Shown here piece after piece: positions 11,131 through 22,597 of a DNA stretch of 64,000 nt (its first letter is position 1; every line of letters begins with the position of its first letter). The stretch comes from an uncultured Gemmatimonadales bacterium (lineage in GTDB: Bacteria; Gemmatimonadota; Gemmatimonadetes; Longimicrobiales; Gaopeijiaceae), in NCBI GenBank assembly GCA_963823035.1, contig CAWGKG010000020.1:256001-320000 (forward strand), written 5' to 3'. The notes beneath the pieces were generated by a model. That model searched no databases and was not told where the DNA came from. It saw nothing but the letters and a program-made list of their open reading frames with translations. The position numbers and the translations under genes are program-made.

Positions 11131-11724
11131 ATGACCGGGGCTACGGGACGTCCGACCGACGGGACACCGCCCGCCCTGCTGGACGACGGCTCGAACCCGC
11201 TGCGCCCCGAGGATCTCCTGCGCCGACTCGAGGAGCTCGGCATTCCGCACACGACGCACCGGCATCCGCCCGTCTTCACGGTGGAGGAGTCCCAGAAGCT
11301 GAAGGGCGATCTCCCCGGCGCGCACACCAAGAACCTCTTCGTTCGGGACAAGAAGGGCGCGATGTGGCTGCTGGTCGCCCTCTACGACCGCGACGTGGAC
11401 CTCCTCGCGCTCGCGAAGGCGCTGCGGCGCGTCCGGGCGGTTCTCCTTCGGAAGCGCCGAACGTCTGATGCGGTACCTCGGCGTCACGGCCGGGTCCGTC
11501 ACGCCCTTCGCGGCCGCGAACGACCACGGCGGAGCCGTCCGCATCGCGCTGGATTCGGGGCTGCGCGAGCACGAGCTGTGGAACGCGCATCCGCTCGACA
11601 ACGCGATGACGACCGCCGTCCGAGCCGAGGACATGCTGCGCTTCCTCGAGGCCGTGGACCACGCGCCGGTCTGGGTCGACGTAGGAAGGAGCCGCTGGGC
11701 CGTCGTACGACGACCCTCTTGTAG
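11131..11724 (+). CDS. YbaK/ProX prolyl-tRNA editing domain protein (frameshifted; 3' end uncertain)
   Basis: HPPVFTVEESQKLKGDLPGAHTKNLFVRDKK; LGVTAGSVTPFA; NAHPLDNAMTT. Confidence 0.88.
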   Translation: MTGATGRPTDGTPPALLDDGSNPLRPEDLLRRLEELGIPHTTHRHPPVFTVEESQKLKGDLPGAHTKNLFVRDKKGAMWLLVALYDRDVDLLALAKALRRVRAVLLRKRRTSDAVPRRHGRVRHALRGRERPRRSRPHRAGFGAARARAVERASARQRDDDRRPSRGHAALPRGRGPRAGLGRRRKEPLGRRTTTLL

Positions 11725-11884
11725 CCGGCACGGGTTGTCGCTAGCGTATTCATACCGAACAAACGGAACGGCCGCCGGCACCCCGCCTCGCAGGGTGCCG
11801 GCGTCTTGTTGGACGGGGGGCCCGCGGGGGCCCCCAGAGGCTCCGTCCTTGCGAGGGGGAGGGGGGCCTGACGAGAGAGCAGGC

Positions 11885-12310
11885 ATGCTGCGCGTGCCGA
11901 CCTTCGTGGCGCCCAGCCCCATCGCGGGGGTGGGCCTTTTTGCCGCCACGGACCTGCCCGCCGGAACGGTCATCTGGGAGTACACCGAGGGCGTCGACTG
12001 GCGAATCCCGCCCGAGGAGTTCGCGGGATTCCCGGAGCCCTACCGGTCCCGACTTCGCCACTACGTCTACGAGGAGGACTCGGGTTGGCTCGTCCTCTGC
12101 GGAGACAACGCGAAGTTCATGAACCACGCCGAGGCGCCCAACTGCGACGACCCCGAGGGGGAGTACACGGTCACCAACCGGCTCGTCCGCGCCGGGGAGG
12201 AGCTCACCTGCGACTATCGTACCTTCGATCGCGAGTCGCGCCTGGAGGGGATGCTCTTCACAGGGCACGAGGCGGACGGCACCGGCAACGGGCGGCTGCG
12301 AGCGGGCTGA
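11885..12310 (+). CDS. SET-domain protein (putative lysine methyltransferase)
   Basis: SPIAGVGLFA, KFMNHAEAPNC, AGEELTCDY. Confidence 0.9.
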   Translation: MLRVPTFVAPSPIAGVGLFAATDLPAGTVIWEYTEGVDWRIPPEEFAGFPEPYRSRLRHYVYEEDSGWLVLCGDNAKFMNHAEAPNCDDPEGEYTVTNRLVRAGEELTCDYRTFDRESRLEGMLFTGHEADGTGNGRLRAG

Positions 12311-12317
12311 TGCCCGC

Positions 12318-13850
12318 TCACCCGCGGCCTGGTCGACGGCCGTGGGGCCGGACCGTCAGACGGTCCGTGACCGGAGGCCTCCGGTCCTTCCAGGGACGAG
12401 CCCGCTCGAGCTGGCCCGCGAGCCGGAACAGGATGTCCTCGGCGCCGAAGCGACCGACCACGTGCACGCCCACCGGGAGGCCGGCCTCGTTCCACCAGAG
12501 GGGGACGGACATGGCGGGCTGTCCCGTCACGTTGAAGACGGGCGTCCACGGGATGAAGGAGAAGGCGTCCTTCGCGGCCTGGCCCAGGAGGCCGGCCCCC
12601 TTCACCAGCTTCCCCGAGCCGAAGAGCCCGAGCAGCGTGAGGATCCTCCGCTCCGCGGAGGACGGCCCGATCGCTCCGATCGCCGGAGGTGGTGAGGAGA
12701 GGGTGGGGGTGAGGAGGAGGTCGTAGCGCTCGAAGAAGGGACCGAGCTGCCGACCCGCGCGATCCAGCTGCCGTAGCGCCACGGCGTACTCGCGTGCGCT
12801 GAACGCCTTCGAGAGGAGTCCGAGCGCCCAGGTGGGCGCCTCACCGAGCCCCGCCTCGCCTTTCGCCCGGTCGTTCGCTCGTACTCGTCCAGGTCGGCGC
12901 CCAGCTCCGCCGCCACCATGGTGAGGAAGGCGCGCGCGAACGCTTCGCCGTCGAGCTCGGGCGTGGCCTCCTCGACGTCGTGGCCGAGTCCGGCGAGCAG
13001 CTGCGCCGCGTCCTGGACGGCGGCCACACAGTCCGGGTGGACCTCGGCCGGCAGCAGGGGATGCGCCGTCCACGCGATGCGCAGCCGACCGGGTGGCTGC
13101 TCCACCTCGGTGAGGTACGGGCGGGCGGGCGGTGGGATCTCGAAGGGCGCGCCCGCGTCGGGCCCGTGCGTGGCGTCGAGCATGGCGGCGCTGTCGCGCA
13201 CCGAGCGCGTCAGGACGTGCTCGACCACCGCGCCGCGCCAGAGCAGCCCGTAGTCGGGGCCGGTCGGCGTGCGGCCGCGCGTGGGCTTGAGGCCGAACAG
13301 CCCGCAGCACGACGCGGGGATACGGATCGATCCGCCCCCGTCTCCCCCTCCCGCCATCGGCACGATGCGCGCGGCCACGGCCGCGGCGGAGCCGCCGCTG
13401 GAGCCGCCGGGCGTGCGCCCCGTGTCCCACGGGTTGCGGCAAGGGCCGTACAGCTCGGACTCCGTGGTGGGCACGAGCCCCCACTCGGGGAGGTTCGTCT
13501 TGCCGAACACGACCAGCCCCGCCGCCTTCACGCGCCGGACGAGCTCGGTGTCGTGGTCGGCCTTCAGGCCCGCGAGCAGGCGGCTCGCGGCCGTGGTCGG
13601 GTGACCCGCGTACTGGCTGAGCAGGTCCTTCGCGAGGAAGGGGACGCCGGCGAAGGGCCCGGTCGGTGGGGCGAGCGCGGCGGCGCGGGCGTCCTCCTCC
13701 ATGAGGTGGACCACGGCGTTCAGCTCGGGATCGAGCGCGCCGCGTGCACTCGAGCGCCAGGTCGAGCAGCTCGTTCGCGGTCACGTCGCCGCGGCGGACC
13801 CGCTCGGCCAGGCCGAGGGCGTCGTGCTCGACGTACTCGTCGATCGTCAT
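12318..13850 (-). CDS. amidase signature family protein (2 frameshifts)
   Basis: [71 protein letters not shown]. Confidence 0.92.
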   Translation of the reverse strand: MTIDEYVEHDALGLAERVRRGDVTANELLDLALECTRRARSRAERRGPPHGGGRPRRRARPTDRALRRRPLPREGPAQPVRGSPDHGREPPARGPEGRPRHRARPAREGGGAGRVRQDEPPRVGARAHHGVRAVRPLPQPVGHGAHARRLQRRLRRGRGRAHRADGGRGRRGRIDPYPRVVLRAVRPQAHARPHADRPRLRAALARRGGRARPDALGARQRRHARRHARARRGRALRDPTARPPVPHRGGAATRSAAHRVDGASPAAGRGPPGLCGRRPGRGAAARRTRPRRRGGHARARRRSVRARLPHHGGGGAGRRPGRVRANDRAKGEAGLGEAPTWALGLLSKAFSAREYAVALRQLDRAGRQLGPFFERYDLLLTPTLSSPPPAIGAIGPSSAERRILTLLGLFGSGKLVKGAGLLGQAAKDAFSFIPWTPVFNVTGQPAMSVPLWWNEAGLPVGVHVVGRFGAEDILFRLAGQLERARPWKDRRPPVTDRLTVRPHGRRPGRG

Positions 13851-16165
13851 GGTCGGTCGGCTCCTCCGCCCACGGCGCGCTCCAGGTCCTGGAGCATCTG
13901 CCGGGACGGGGCGTGGTCCGGACGGAACTCCACCGCCCGTCGCGCGTGCGGCAGGGCGTCCGCGGGGCGCTCCAGCAGGATGTACACGCGCGCCAGCTCG
14001 AACTGGGCGGCACCCAGCCCGGGGTCCTCCTGCACGGCCGAGCGGTAGGCCTCGGCCGCGCCCTCCAGATCGCCGGCGCGCTGGCGCAGGTTGCCGAGGT
14101 TGAAGAGCGCCACGGCCTCGTGCGGATCGAGGGCCAGGGCGTGCCGATAGGCCTCCTCGGCGCCGCGCGTGTCACCGCCCCCCGAGAGCGCGATGCCGAG
14201 GTCGATCCATCCGAGCGGGTTGGCGGGGGCGGCCGCGAGGCTCTCCCGCAGGAGGCGCGCGGCCTCCGCGAAGTCGCCGGCGCCCGTGCGCAGCACCGCC
14301 TGGGCCTCGAGCACGTTCGCACTGCCGGGGCGGATCTCGAGCGCCTTGCGGTAGCCGGCGTCGCCGCGCGCGGCGTCTCCCGAGGCGCGGTAGTGGTCGC
14401 CGAGGAAGCCCAGCGCGAGGACCCAGCGGCCGCGAAGCGCGGCGTCGTCGGACGCGGAGTCGAGGGCCGCGACCAGGAGCCGGCGCACCTCCGGCACGTC
14501 GCCGCGCGCCCAGTGCAGGGAGGCGAGCGCAAGGGCGCGCACGTCCAGGTCGGAGGAGGCGGCCAGCGCCTCGAGCCGCTCGACCACCGGAGCCGGCAGC
14601 TCGGCGTCGGGGGCGAGGTAGCCCGTCAGGAGACGTCCGAGCGCCTTGAACTGCACGAGCGGGTCGTGCTGGTCGGGGCGAAGGAGGACGTCCGCCGCCT
14701 CCGTCACGTTCCGCGCGCGCAGCTCGTCGACCTGGCCCTGCACGAGCGGCCGGTGGGGCTTGAGCTCGCCCCACCACTGCTCTGCGTCGTGCTGCAGCTG
14801 CAGGGCGGTGCGGTCCTGGTGGCAGCCCGCGCACGCGCCCGTGATCCCGAGGTCGGCGTCGAAGGTCGGGCGCGGGACGGCGATCGTGTGGTCCGAGCGG
14901 GCGAACGGGATCTCCGGCCCCACTTCCGGATGCTGCAGGTAGGGCATGTGGCACGACACGCACCGGCTGGCCTCCGAACCGGCCGGATGGTGCGTGTGCG
15001 CCGCCGGGTCGATCCCCTTGGAGGGGTGGCAGGAGGTGCACTGGCCGTCGTCGTACGGCGACGGGAGCGGGCGACGGTTGGTGTCCCAGTAGCCCTGGCC
15101 GTGCGGCTCGTGGCAGCTGACGCAGTCCATCGGGCCCTGCAGGTAGCACGCGCTCGCGAGGTGGTTGGCCTGGTACGCGAACGTGCGCACGCGCCCGTCC
15201 GCGAAGTACGGCTCGTCGCCCAGGACCGGGAAGGAGAGCGCGTAGTAGTCCTCGAGCTTCTCGCCGGGGAGGTACCCCTCCCGCATCACGTCCTTGATCG
15301 CGTGGCACCGGAAGCAGACCTCGAGCGAGGCGTCCTTGTCGCGGTAGGCCAGCGACGCCAGGCCGATGTCTCCGCCCTCGGCGCCGGCCTTCGGCCCACG
15401 CGACGTGCCGCCGCGCGGGGCCGTGGCACGACTCGCAGTTCACGCGCAGCGTGGTGTACTCGGTCCGGTACGCGTGGGCGGCGGTGTCGAGCGCGGTGTG
15501 GATCTGGCTGCCGTGGCATTCCTGGCAGTTCGCGAAGCGGTCGACCGTTCCGATGGGACGCACGGGCGGCCAATCGCCGCAGTCCGCCAGGCGCATCTCC
15601 CGCGAGATGGGAAGCCACCCACGGTTCAGGCGGCTCCCCGTGTTGCAGAACCACGCGCGCCTCCCCTTCGACCAGTCCCAGGGGAGGAAGCGCTGCGTGC
15701 CGTCGGGCATGCTGGTCAGGAACCCCTGCGTGCCGCCGCCGAGCATGTGTCCGCGCCCGATCACCCCGGCCACCCGGAACACCACCTCGTCGAAGTGGTC
15801 CTGGCGCACGACGAACTCGTAGGCGCCCGCGCGGACCGCGGGCACCACCACGCCGTCCGCGAAACGGATCGGCGTGCCGTCGAAGGGCGCGATCACCACG
15901 TCCGGGCCGGGCTCGCCGCCCGCGCGCCCGTGCGTGGAGCGCGCCCACGCGGGGTACTGCTCGGCGTGGCACGCCGGAGCACGCCTCGGAGCCGACGAAG
16001 TCCGCGCGGGACACCGTGGGCGGGGCGGCCGAGCGGGGGCGCGGGGAAGGGGAGGAGCGCCGTGAAGTCGGGCGGCGATCGCCCCCGCAGGAGGCGACGG
16101 CCAGCGGGAGGATCGCCGCGGCCACGCGGCGAGCGCCATCGACGCTCGGCGCGGATGGCCCTCAC
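13847..16165 (-). CDS. multiheme (~8) cytochrome c lipoprotein with C-terminal TPR repeats (frameshifted)
   Basis: LAVASC lipobox-like; one N-terminal CxxCH split by an indel, then CQECH, CESCH, CFRCH, CVSCH, CTSCH, CVSCH, CAGCH; TPR helices (ALFNLGNL, AQFELARVY). Confidence 0.85.
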
Positions 16166-17513
16166 GGGCGGCTCCGCCGGCCGTCGCTCGACCATGCCGG
16201 CGCGCTGCACGAGCACAGCGTCGCGGATGTAGGCCACCAGGTCGCGCACCTCGTCGGCGCCGAGCATCCCGCCGAAGGCCGGCATGCGCGGGCTGCCGTC
16301 CAGGACCCACGCGCCCGCCCAGATCCCGTCGAAGAGCGTGTCGTCCGGCCGGGCCGACATGCGTGCCGAGTCGGCGTGCACGGCCGGTTGGACCGGGAGC
16401 GCTCCCCGCGTTCCACCCGTTCCCCGACCCTCCGCGCCGTGGCAGGCGGAGCAGTGGCGCGCGTAGAGCCGCGCGCCGCGCGTCGTGTCGCCCGGCGTCT
16501 TCCAGGCGCGGTGCTCGGGGTCCACGAGCGACGCGCGCTCGGGCGCGCGGCGCGCGCGTCCGGCGTCGAGGAGGTAGCGCGCGAGCCGCGCGGCCTCGCG
16601 CGGCGGCATCGCCTGCGGCGGCATCGGGCTTCCCGGTGCCGCGCGCGGCGGGTCGAGGATCATCTCGAGCACGAAGGAGGGTCGAGCCGCTCGCCGAGGC
16701 CGTCGAGGGCGGGGCCGATGCACCGCCCTCGTCGCCGACCCGGTGGCACCCGAGGCAGGCCAGCCGGTCTTCGAGCATCCTGTGCGTTCGCTCGGCCTCG
16801 AAGGGGGTCAGGCGTGCGGTGTCGAGGGTGGCGAAGCGGGCGCCCAGGCCGTCGAGCCAGGTGGAGAGGGCGCCGTCACCTCCCGCGGTGAGGCGGAAGT
16901 CGGGCATGCGTGCGGCGCCGAGGGTGGGGTGGCCGTCGCCCCGCACGGCGGCGGGGCTCGCGAGGAACCCGCGCAGCCAGCCGTCCCGGGCCCGCACGCC
17001 CTCACGGGCGAGGTCCGGTCCCTCGATGGGCGCCGCACCCTCGACGCCGGCGTGGCAGCCGGCGCAGCCCAGCGCGGAGAAGATCCGGCGGCCCGCTTCG
17101 GCGTCGGCGTCGGGGTGACGGCTCCGTGCCGCGGCGAGCGCGCCGGACGGCTCCGGGGCGAACCCAGCAGGAGGGCGAGCGCGACCCGCTCTGCCTCGTC
17201 GAGCCGGAAGTCCGGCATGCGGGAGCGGCCGATGTCGTCACGGCGCCGCACCGGGATCGCCCAGCCACGCGAAGACGAAGTCCCGGGCAGGGCGGGGCCG
17301 CCTCCGCTCCGAGGGCCGGCGCGCGGCTGCGCACGCGGTCGGGTCCCGGGATCCCGCCGTGACATGCGCCGCAGCCCAACTCCGCCGCGAGGGCGCTGCC
17401 CGTCCTCCTGAGGAGGGGGGCGCGGGCGGAGGCGGCGGTGCCGTGGACGGCGGTCGTCCGGCCCCCAGGAGGGCGGGCAGGAGCAGGGCCCGGGTGGCCG
17501 GGGAAGAGAGCAT
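16162..17513 (-). CDS. protein with four class I cytochrome c domains (frameshifted)
   Basis: CGACH, CAGCH, CLGCH, CSACH, each followed by an MP distal-Met motif (RMPDF, RMPDF, PMPP, RMPAF). Confidence 0.8.
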
Positions 17514-17622
17514 GGGGGCAACCCTCGGCGCCGCGCCCGCGGTGTCAAGGAGGGGTGGTGCCGACGCCGCGAGGTGGCGACCGTGCGGAGGTGAATGCCG
17601 CGCATCCAGGCGAGGAGGGGCG

Positions 17623-17946
17623 TTGGGAATCGAAGCAGGCAGGCCGGTGAAGCTGGAGGGGCTGGCGGACTACCAGGACGGCTCGGTGGTGAGTCGGCAG
17701 CTCGTGAAGAACGGCTCGGGGTCGGTGACCGTCTTCGCCTTCGACGCGGGCGAGGGGCTCAGCGAACACACCACGCCGCACGACGCGCTCCTGATGGTGC
17801 TGGACGGGCGCGCGGACGTGACCGTGCTCGGCGCGACGCACGTGGTGCGCGCGGGCGAGGTCATCCTCCTCCCGGGCGGCGAGCCGCACGCGGTGGCGGC
17901 GCCGGAGCGCTTCACGATGGCGCTCGTGATGCTCAAGAACGGCTGA
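17623..17946 (+). CDS. cupin domain protein
   Basis: AGGAGG RBS then TTG; YQDGSVVSRQL, FAFDAGEGLSEHTTP, LPGGEPHAV. Confidence 0.88.
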   Translation: MGIEAGRPVKLEGLADYQDGSVVSRQLVKNGSGSVTVFAFDAGEGLSEHTTPHDALLMVLDGRADVTVLGATHVVRAGEVILLPGGEPHAVAAPERFTMALVMLKNG

Positions 17947-17952
17947 GCGCCC

Positions 17953-20656
17953 CTACTCCGCCCGCAGGACGTGGATCGGGTCGGTGCGTGAGGCCCGCTC
18001 GGCGGGCACGAGCGACGCGAGCGCCGCCACCCCCAGGAACAGCAGCCGCGACCGAGCGAGCGCGACCGGGTCGAACGGGCCGACCCCGTAGAGCGCGGCG
18101 GCCGCGGCCCGAGCCAGCGCCACCGCCGCCACCAGCCCGATGGGGAGCCCGATCGCGGTGAGGCGGATGCCGTCGCCGACGACGACGCGCCGGATGTCCG
18201 CCCGCGTGGCGCCCAGCGCGATGCGCACGCCGATCTCGCGGCGGCGCTGCGCGACCGAGTACGCGATCAGCCCGTAGATGCCCAGCGCGGCCAGCAGGAG
18301 GGCGCCCGCGCCGAAGGCTCCCAGGAAGACGGAGCCGATGCCCCACTGGAGCAGGTTCTCGCCCACCACGGCGGTCATCGGGCGCACGTTGGCGGGCAGG
18401 TCCGGCTCGGCCTCAGGAGCGCCGCGCGCACGGCCGGGACCACCGCCGACGGGCGCGCCGGTCGGTACGCGCCAGGAGGAAGTAGCGGCGTCCGGCCGCC
18501 TGACCGGTGGGCGGTAGAGCTCGAGCCCGGCGTCGCGTCGGACAGGTCCGCTGGCGCGCGTCGCCGACCACGCCGACGACGCGGTAGCGGTCGACTGCTC
18601 CGCGCTCGTCGCCGGCGAGGAGCGTGCGTCCCAGGGCGCTCCCTCCCGGCCAGAGCCGCCGTGCCAGGCTCCGTCCGACCACGGCCACGGGCTCGGCGCC
18701 CGCGTCCGTCCGCCGTCCGTGAAGACCCGGCCCTCGAGGACGCGGCATGCCCATGGTCCGCGAAGTAGCCGGGGTGCACGTCGTTCTCGACGGCGAGGGG
18801 CCACTCCTCCGTGGGCGTGCCCGCCTCTCGGGCGGGGCCACCTGCCAGGTGAACAGCTCGTGGTTGAGCGGGAGCCAGGCCGACGCCGACGCGGCGGCGA
18901 CCCCGGGCGCGCGCGCGAGCGCCGCGACCGCGCCGGTCGAGCCAGGCCGAGCGCTCCGCCGCGGTCGGGTACTCCGTCGGCGGGCAGCGTGAGCTCCGCC
19001 GTCACGACGCGGCCGGCGTCGAAGCCGAGGTCGACGCTCTGCACGGAGGCGAGGCTCCGCAGCATGAGCGCGGCGCCGGTCGTCAGCACGACGGCGAGCG
19101 CCACCTGGGCGACCACGAGCGCACGTCGGACCCGGGAGGTGCCGCACGCCCGCGGAGCCGCGCGCCTCCGCGTTCATCCGCGCCCGATCCCGGCGCGCGA
19201 GGCCGTCAGTGCGGGCCAGAGCCCGAACGCCACGGGCGTGGCCAACGTCACGGCCAGGGAGAAGGCGAGCACCGTGCCGTCCATGTCGATGCGCCCGACC
19301 CGGTAGAGGTCCTCGGGGAGCACCGGGCCGATGAGCCCGGTGGCCCACGAGGACAGGAGCACGCCCGCGGCACCCCCCGACCAGCGCGAGGACGAGGCTC
19401 TCCGTCAGGAGCTGGCGCACGATGCGTCCCCGCGGGGCGCCCAGCGCGACGCCCGCACCGCGACCTCGCGGGCCCGGCCGCTGCCGCGGGCGAGCGTGAG
19501 GCTGGCCACGTTCACGCACGCGATCAGGAGCACGAAGGCGACCGCGCCCAGGAGGATCGCGGAAGCGAGATCGACAGCACGTCCCAGGCGAAGTTGAGCG
19601 CCTCGCGCAGCGGCTTCACGGTCACGCCGGACATGCGGCCGTCGGCGTCGGGGTAGCGCGCGGCCAGCTCGGCCTGGATGCCGGCGAGCTCGGCCCGTGC
19701 CCGCTCGCGCGTCCATCCTGGCGCTCAGCCGCCCGACGATCTGCAGGTTCATGCGGCCGCGGTCGGCCACGCGGGTCCTCCTGGATCGGCAGCCAGAGCG
19801 CGCGCGCTGCCGAAGGGGAAGATGAAGCCGCGCCGGCATGACGCCCACGACCGTGCGCTGCACGCCGTCCAGCGTGATCGGCGCGGCCGAGGATCGCCGG
19901 GATCGCGCGCCGTAGCGCCGGCGCCAGAGGCCTCGCTGAGCAGGACCACGGGTCGCCGCCCGGGCGGCCCTCCTCGGGGAGGAAGCCTCGGCCCAGGACG
20001 GGCTCCGCCGCGAGCACGTCGCCGAAGAGGTTCGCGGTGACGCGGGCGTACTGGACCCGCTCGGGCCCCTCGGTCGCCGGTCAGGTTGCCGGCGCCGTAG
20101 CTGTACGCGCCCAGCGCCGCTGAAGGCGTGCGCTGCGCGCCTTCCAGTCCGCGACCTGCGGCCAGGAGAAGCGGTCCATGTCCCAGCCGGTGACCGGGTT
20201 CGCCTGGTTCACCTGGACGAGCGCGTCCGGCTGCCCCGTAGGGGAGGGGGCGCAGCAGGTAGGGGCGCATCGCGCTGAAGATCGTCGTGTTCGCGGCGAC
20301 CCCGAACGCGAGCGTCGCGACGACCAGCGCGCGCGTATCCCGGGGGACTTCCGGATCGACCTCAAGCGCGTACCGCACGTCGCTCGCCAGCAGTCGTCGA
20401 TCGACATGGCTCTCCTCTCCTCCCGTCCCATCTGCGTGTCTGCACGTCGCGCAGTACGCCCGCGTGCCCTCGAGGTCGCCGAAGCGGCGCAGCGCCTCGC
20501 GCGCGCGCTTCCTCCGGGCGACCATCCCTCCTGCCACCAGCTCCTCCTCCGCCTCCTCGAGGTGGAAGGCGAGCTCCTCGTCCACCGACGCGTGCGCGCG
20601 TCCGCGGGCGAGCGCGCGGTCCAGGCGGAACGGCGCGCCTGGGCTTCCGCGCGCAT
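17953..20656 (-). CDS. ABC permease, duplicated MacB/FtsX (ADOP-type), many frameshifts
   Basis: VDEELAFHLEE, LAFGVAANTTIFS, FVLLIACVNVASL, IVRQLLTES, QVALAVVL, GIYGLIAYSVAQRRREIGVRIALGA, DPIHVLRAE. Confidence 0.88.
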
Positions 20657-20659
20657 CGC

Positions 20660-21009
20660 TCAGCTCCCGCTCCCCTGGCGGGCTCGAGGATGCGGAAGAC
20701 GGCCGCCGGCGTAGCTCCGCCAGAAGCTCGGCTTCGCGCGCGAGCTGTCGTTCGCCCGGCGCGGGTGAGGCGGTAGAACTTCGCGCGCTTCCCCTTCTCG
20801 GAGATGCCCCACTCGGCCTCCACCCATCCGCTCTCCTCCATGCGGTGCAGCGCCTGGTAGAGCGCCGCGTCCTGGAGCTCGAGGACGCCGTCGGAGCGCG
20901 CCCGGATGGAGCGGGACACCGCGAAGCCGTGAAGGGGCCCGGCGTGAGCGTCTGCAGGATCACCAGGTCGACCGTGCCGGGAAGGAGCCCGCGGTGTGAA
21001 TCGGGCCAT
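20660..21009 (-). CDS. PadR-family transcriptional regulator (frameshifted)
   Basis: LHGFAVSRSIRARSDGVLELQDAALYQALHRMEESGWVEAEWGISEKGKRAKFYRLT. Confidence 0.9.
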
Positions 21010-21071
21010 TCGATGTCGATCCTGCTGCGGAGGGACGGCGCCCGGTCGGTCGCCGGGCCGGTCGCCGGTCG

Positions 21072-21092
21072 TTACCTCACTTGGTGAGGTAA
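21072..21092. promoter_or_regulatory. perfect inverted repeat, candidate PadR operator
   Basis: TTACCTCAC-TTG-GTGAGGTAA, ~60 nt upstream of padR. Confidence 0.6.
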
Positions 21093-21248
21093 TGCATGCG
21101 AGTCCGACTACGCGCGAGGCGGAGTGCGGGGTTTCACAGGGCGACGGCCTCGAGGCCACGCGGCGGGCGGGAGCCTCACGGCGGAACCGCGTGCGGCCGC
21201 CCGGGGTTCGGGTCGGCCGCTGCCTTCCGCCACCTTCCCTCGACGGCC

Positions 21249-22000
21249 ATGGTCATCTCCCTCGCCTACGACGCTCCACCTTCTGGCGCAGGCCGGGCAG
21301 CAGGGCGGCCTGGCGGACTCGCTTTCCACGAGCCCGCTGGTCGCGCTCGCCACCCTCTTCGGTGCGGGCGTGCTCACGAGCCTCACGCCCTGCGTCTACC
21401 CGATGATCCCGATCACCGCGTCGGTGATCGCGGGCACGGCGCGGGAGGGCCAGAGCCGCGGGCGCACCGTGGGCCTCACGCTGACGTACGCCGTCGGACT
21501 GGCCACGCTCTACGCGCTCCTCGGCACGCTGGCCGGGGTGAGCGGATCGCTCTTCGGGGCGGTGAGCGCGAGCCCCTGGGCGCTCGCCGCCATCGGCAAC
21601 CTCCTCGTGCTGTTCGCGCTCGCGATGCTCGACGTGCTCCCCGTGCCGGTGCCGCGCGCGGCTCATGCGTGGGCGGGGACCCGGCAGGGCGGGTCGTACG
21701 GGGCCGTGTTCGTGCTCGGCGCCACTTCGGGCGTGGTGGCCGCGCCCTGCGGCGCGCCGGCGTTCGCCGTGGTCCTCACCTGGGTGGCGGCCACGGCAGG
21801 CCGGCCTCATGGGCTTCGTCTACCTCTTCGTCTTCTCGCTCGGGATGACCGCGCTCCTCGTGGTCGTCGGCCTCTTCTCGGGAACCCTGACGCTCCTCCC
21901 GCGTTCGGGTAGGTGGATGGTGTGGGTCAAGCGCGCCGCCGCGGTGCTCATGTTCGCGATGGCCGAGTACTACTTCATGAAGGCGGGATACAACCTGTGA
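21249..22000 (+). CDS. CcdA/DsbD transmembrane thiol-redox protein (frameshifted; start uncertain)
   Basis: AGVLTSLTPCVYPMIPI and VVAAPCGAP (the two TM cysteines); LPRSGRWMVWVKR. Confidence 0.9.
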
Positions 22001-22551
22001 CGGACCGCGATCGGAGCGTCGGGAGACGGGCGTGGGGTCGGACGCGCGGCGTGGCGTGCGACGCTCGCGCTCGCCGTGACGCTCCTCGCGGCCGGGACAG
22101 GCGACGGCGCAGGAAGTGGCGCTGCCGATCGGGACGCAGGCCCCGCCGGCCGCGCTGGAGGACCTGGACGGCAAGCCCGTCCAGCTCCTGGACTACGTGA
22201 AGAGGGAAAGCCGGCGCTGGTCGAGTTCTGGGCGACCTGGTGCGAGAACTGCGAGGCGCTCCAGCCCCAGCTCGACCGGATCCAGGAGCAGGACGGCGAC
22301 CGCCTGAACATCGTGGCCGTCGCGGTGGCGGTGGCGCAGTCGGTGCGGCGTGTGTCGCGTCACCTCGAGGAGCACGACCCCGGCTATCCCTACCTCTGGG
22401 ACGCCGAGGGCGCCGCCGTGCGCGCCTACAAGGCCCCCACCACCTCGGTGGTGGTGCTCCTGGACGCGGACGGCAAGGTGGTCTACACCGGCGTCGGGGC
22501 CCGACCAGGACCTCGAGGGGGCGGTGCGGAAGGTGCTCGGAACGCAGCTGA
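21997..22551 (+). CDS. TlpA/ResA-family exported thioredoxin (frameshifted)
   Basis: GTQAPPAALEDLDGKPVQL; GKPALVEFWATWCENC; LLDADGKVVY. Confidence 0.88.
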
Positions 22552-22597
22552 GGCCGATGCCCGCGCCGCGGACGGTCCGACGGCGCGGGCCCCGCGC

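Noticed and set aside
11468..12310. Apparent ProX-SET domain fusion ORF
   Set aside because: The linker is low-complexity and non-protein-like, and the SET gene has its own RBS and ATG at 11885. Read-through is likely due to an indel.
12980..16891. 1303-aa plus-strand ORF and similar long antisense ORFs (e.g. 23570-26347, and the 5' part of 60511-63099)
   Set aside because: Stop-poor shadow frames typical of high-GC DNA, opposite well-supported genes.
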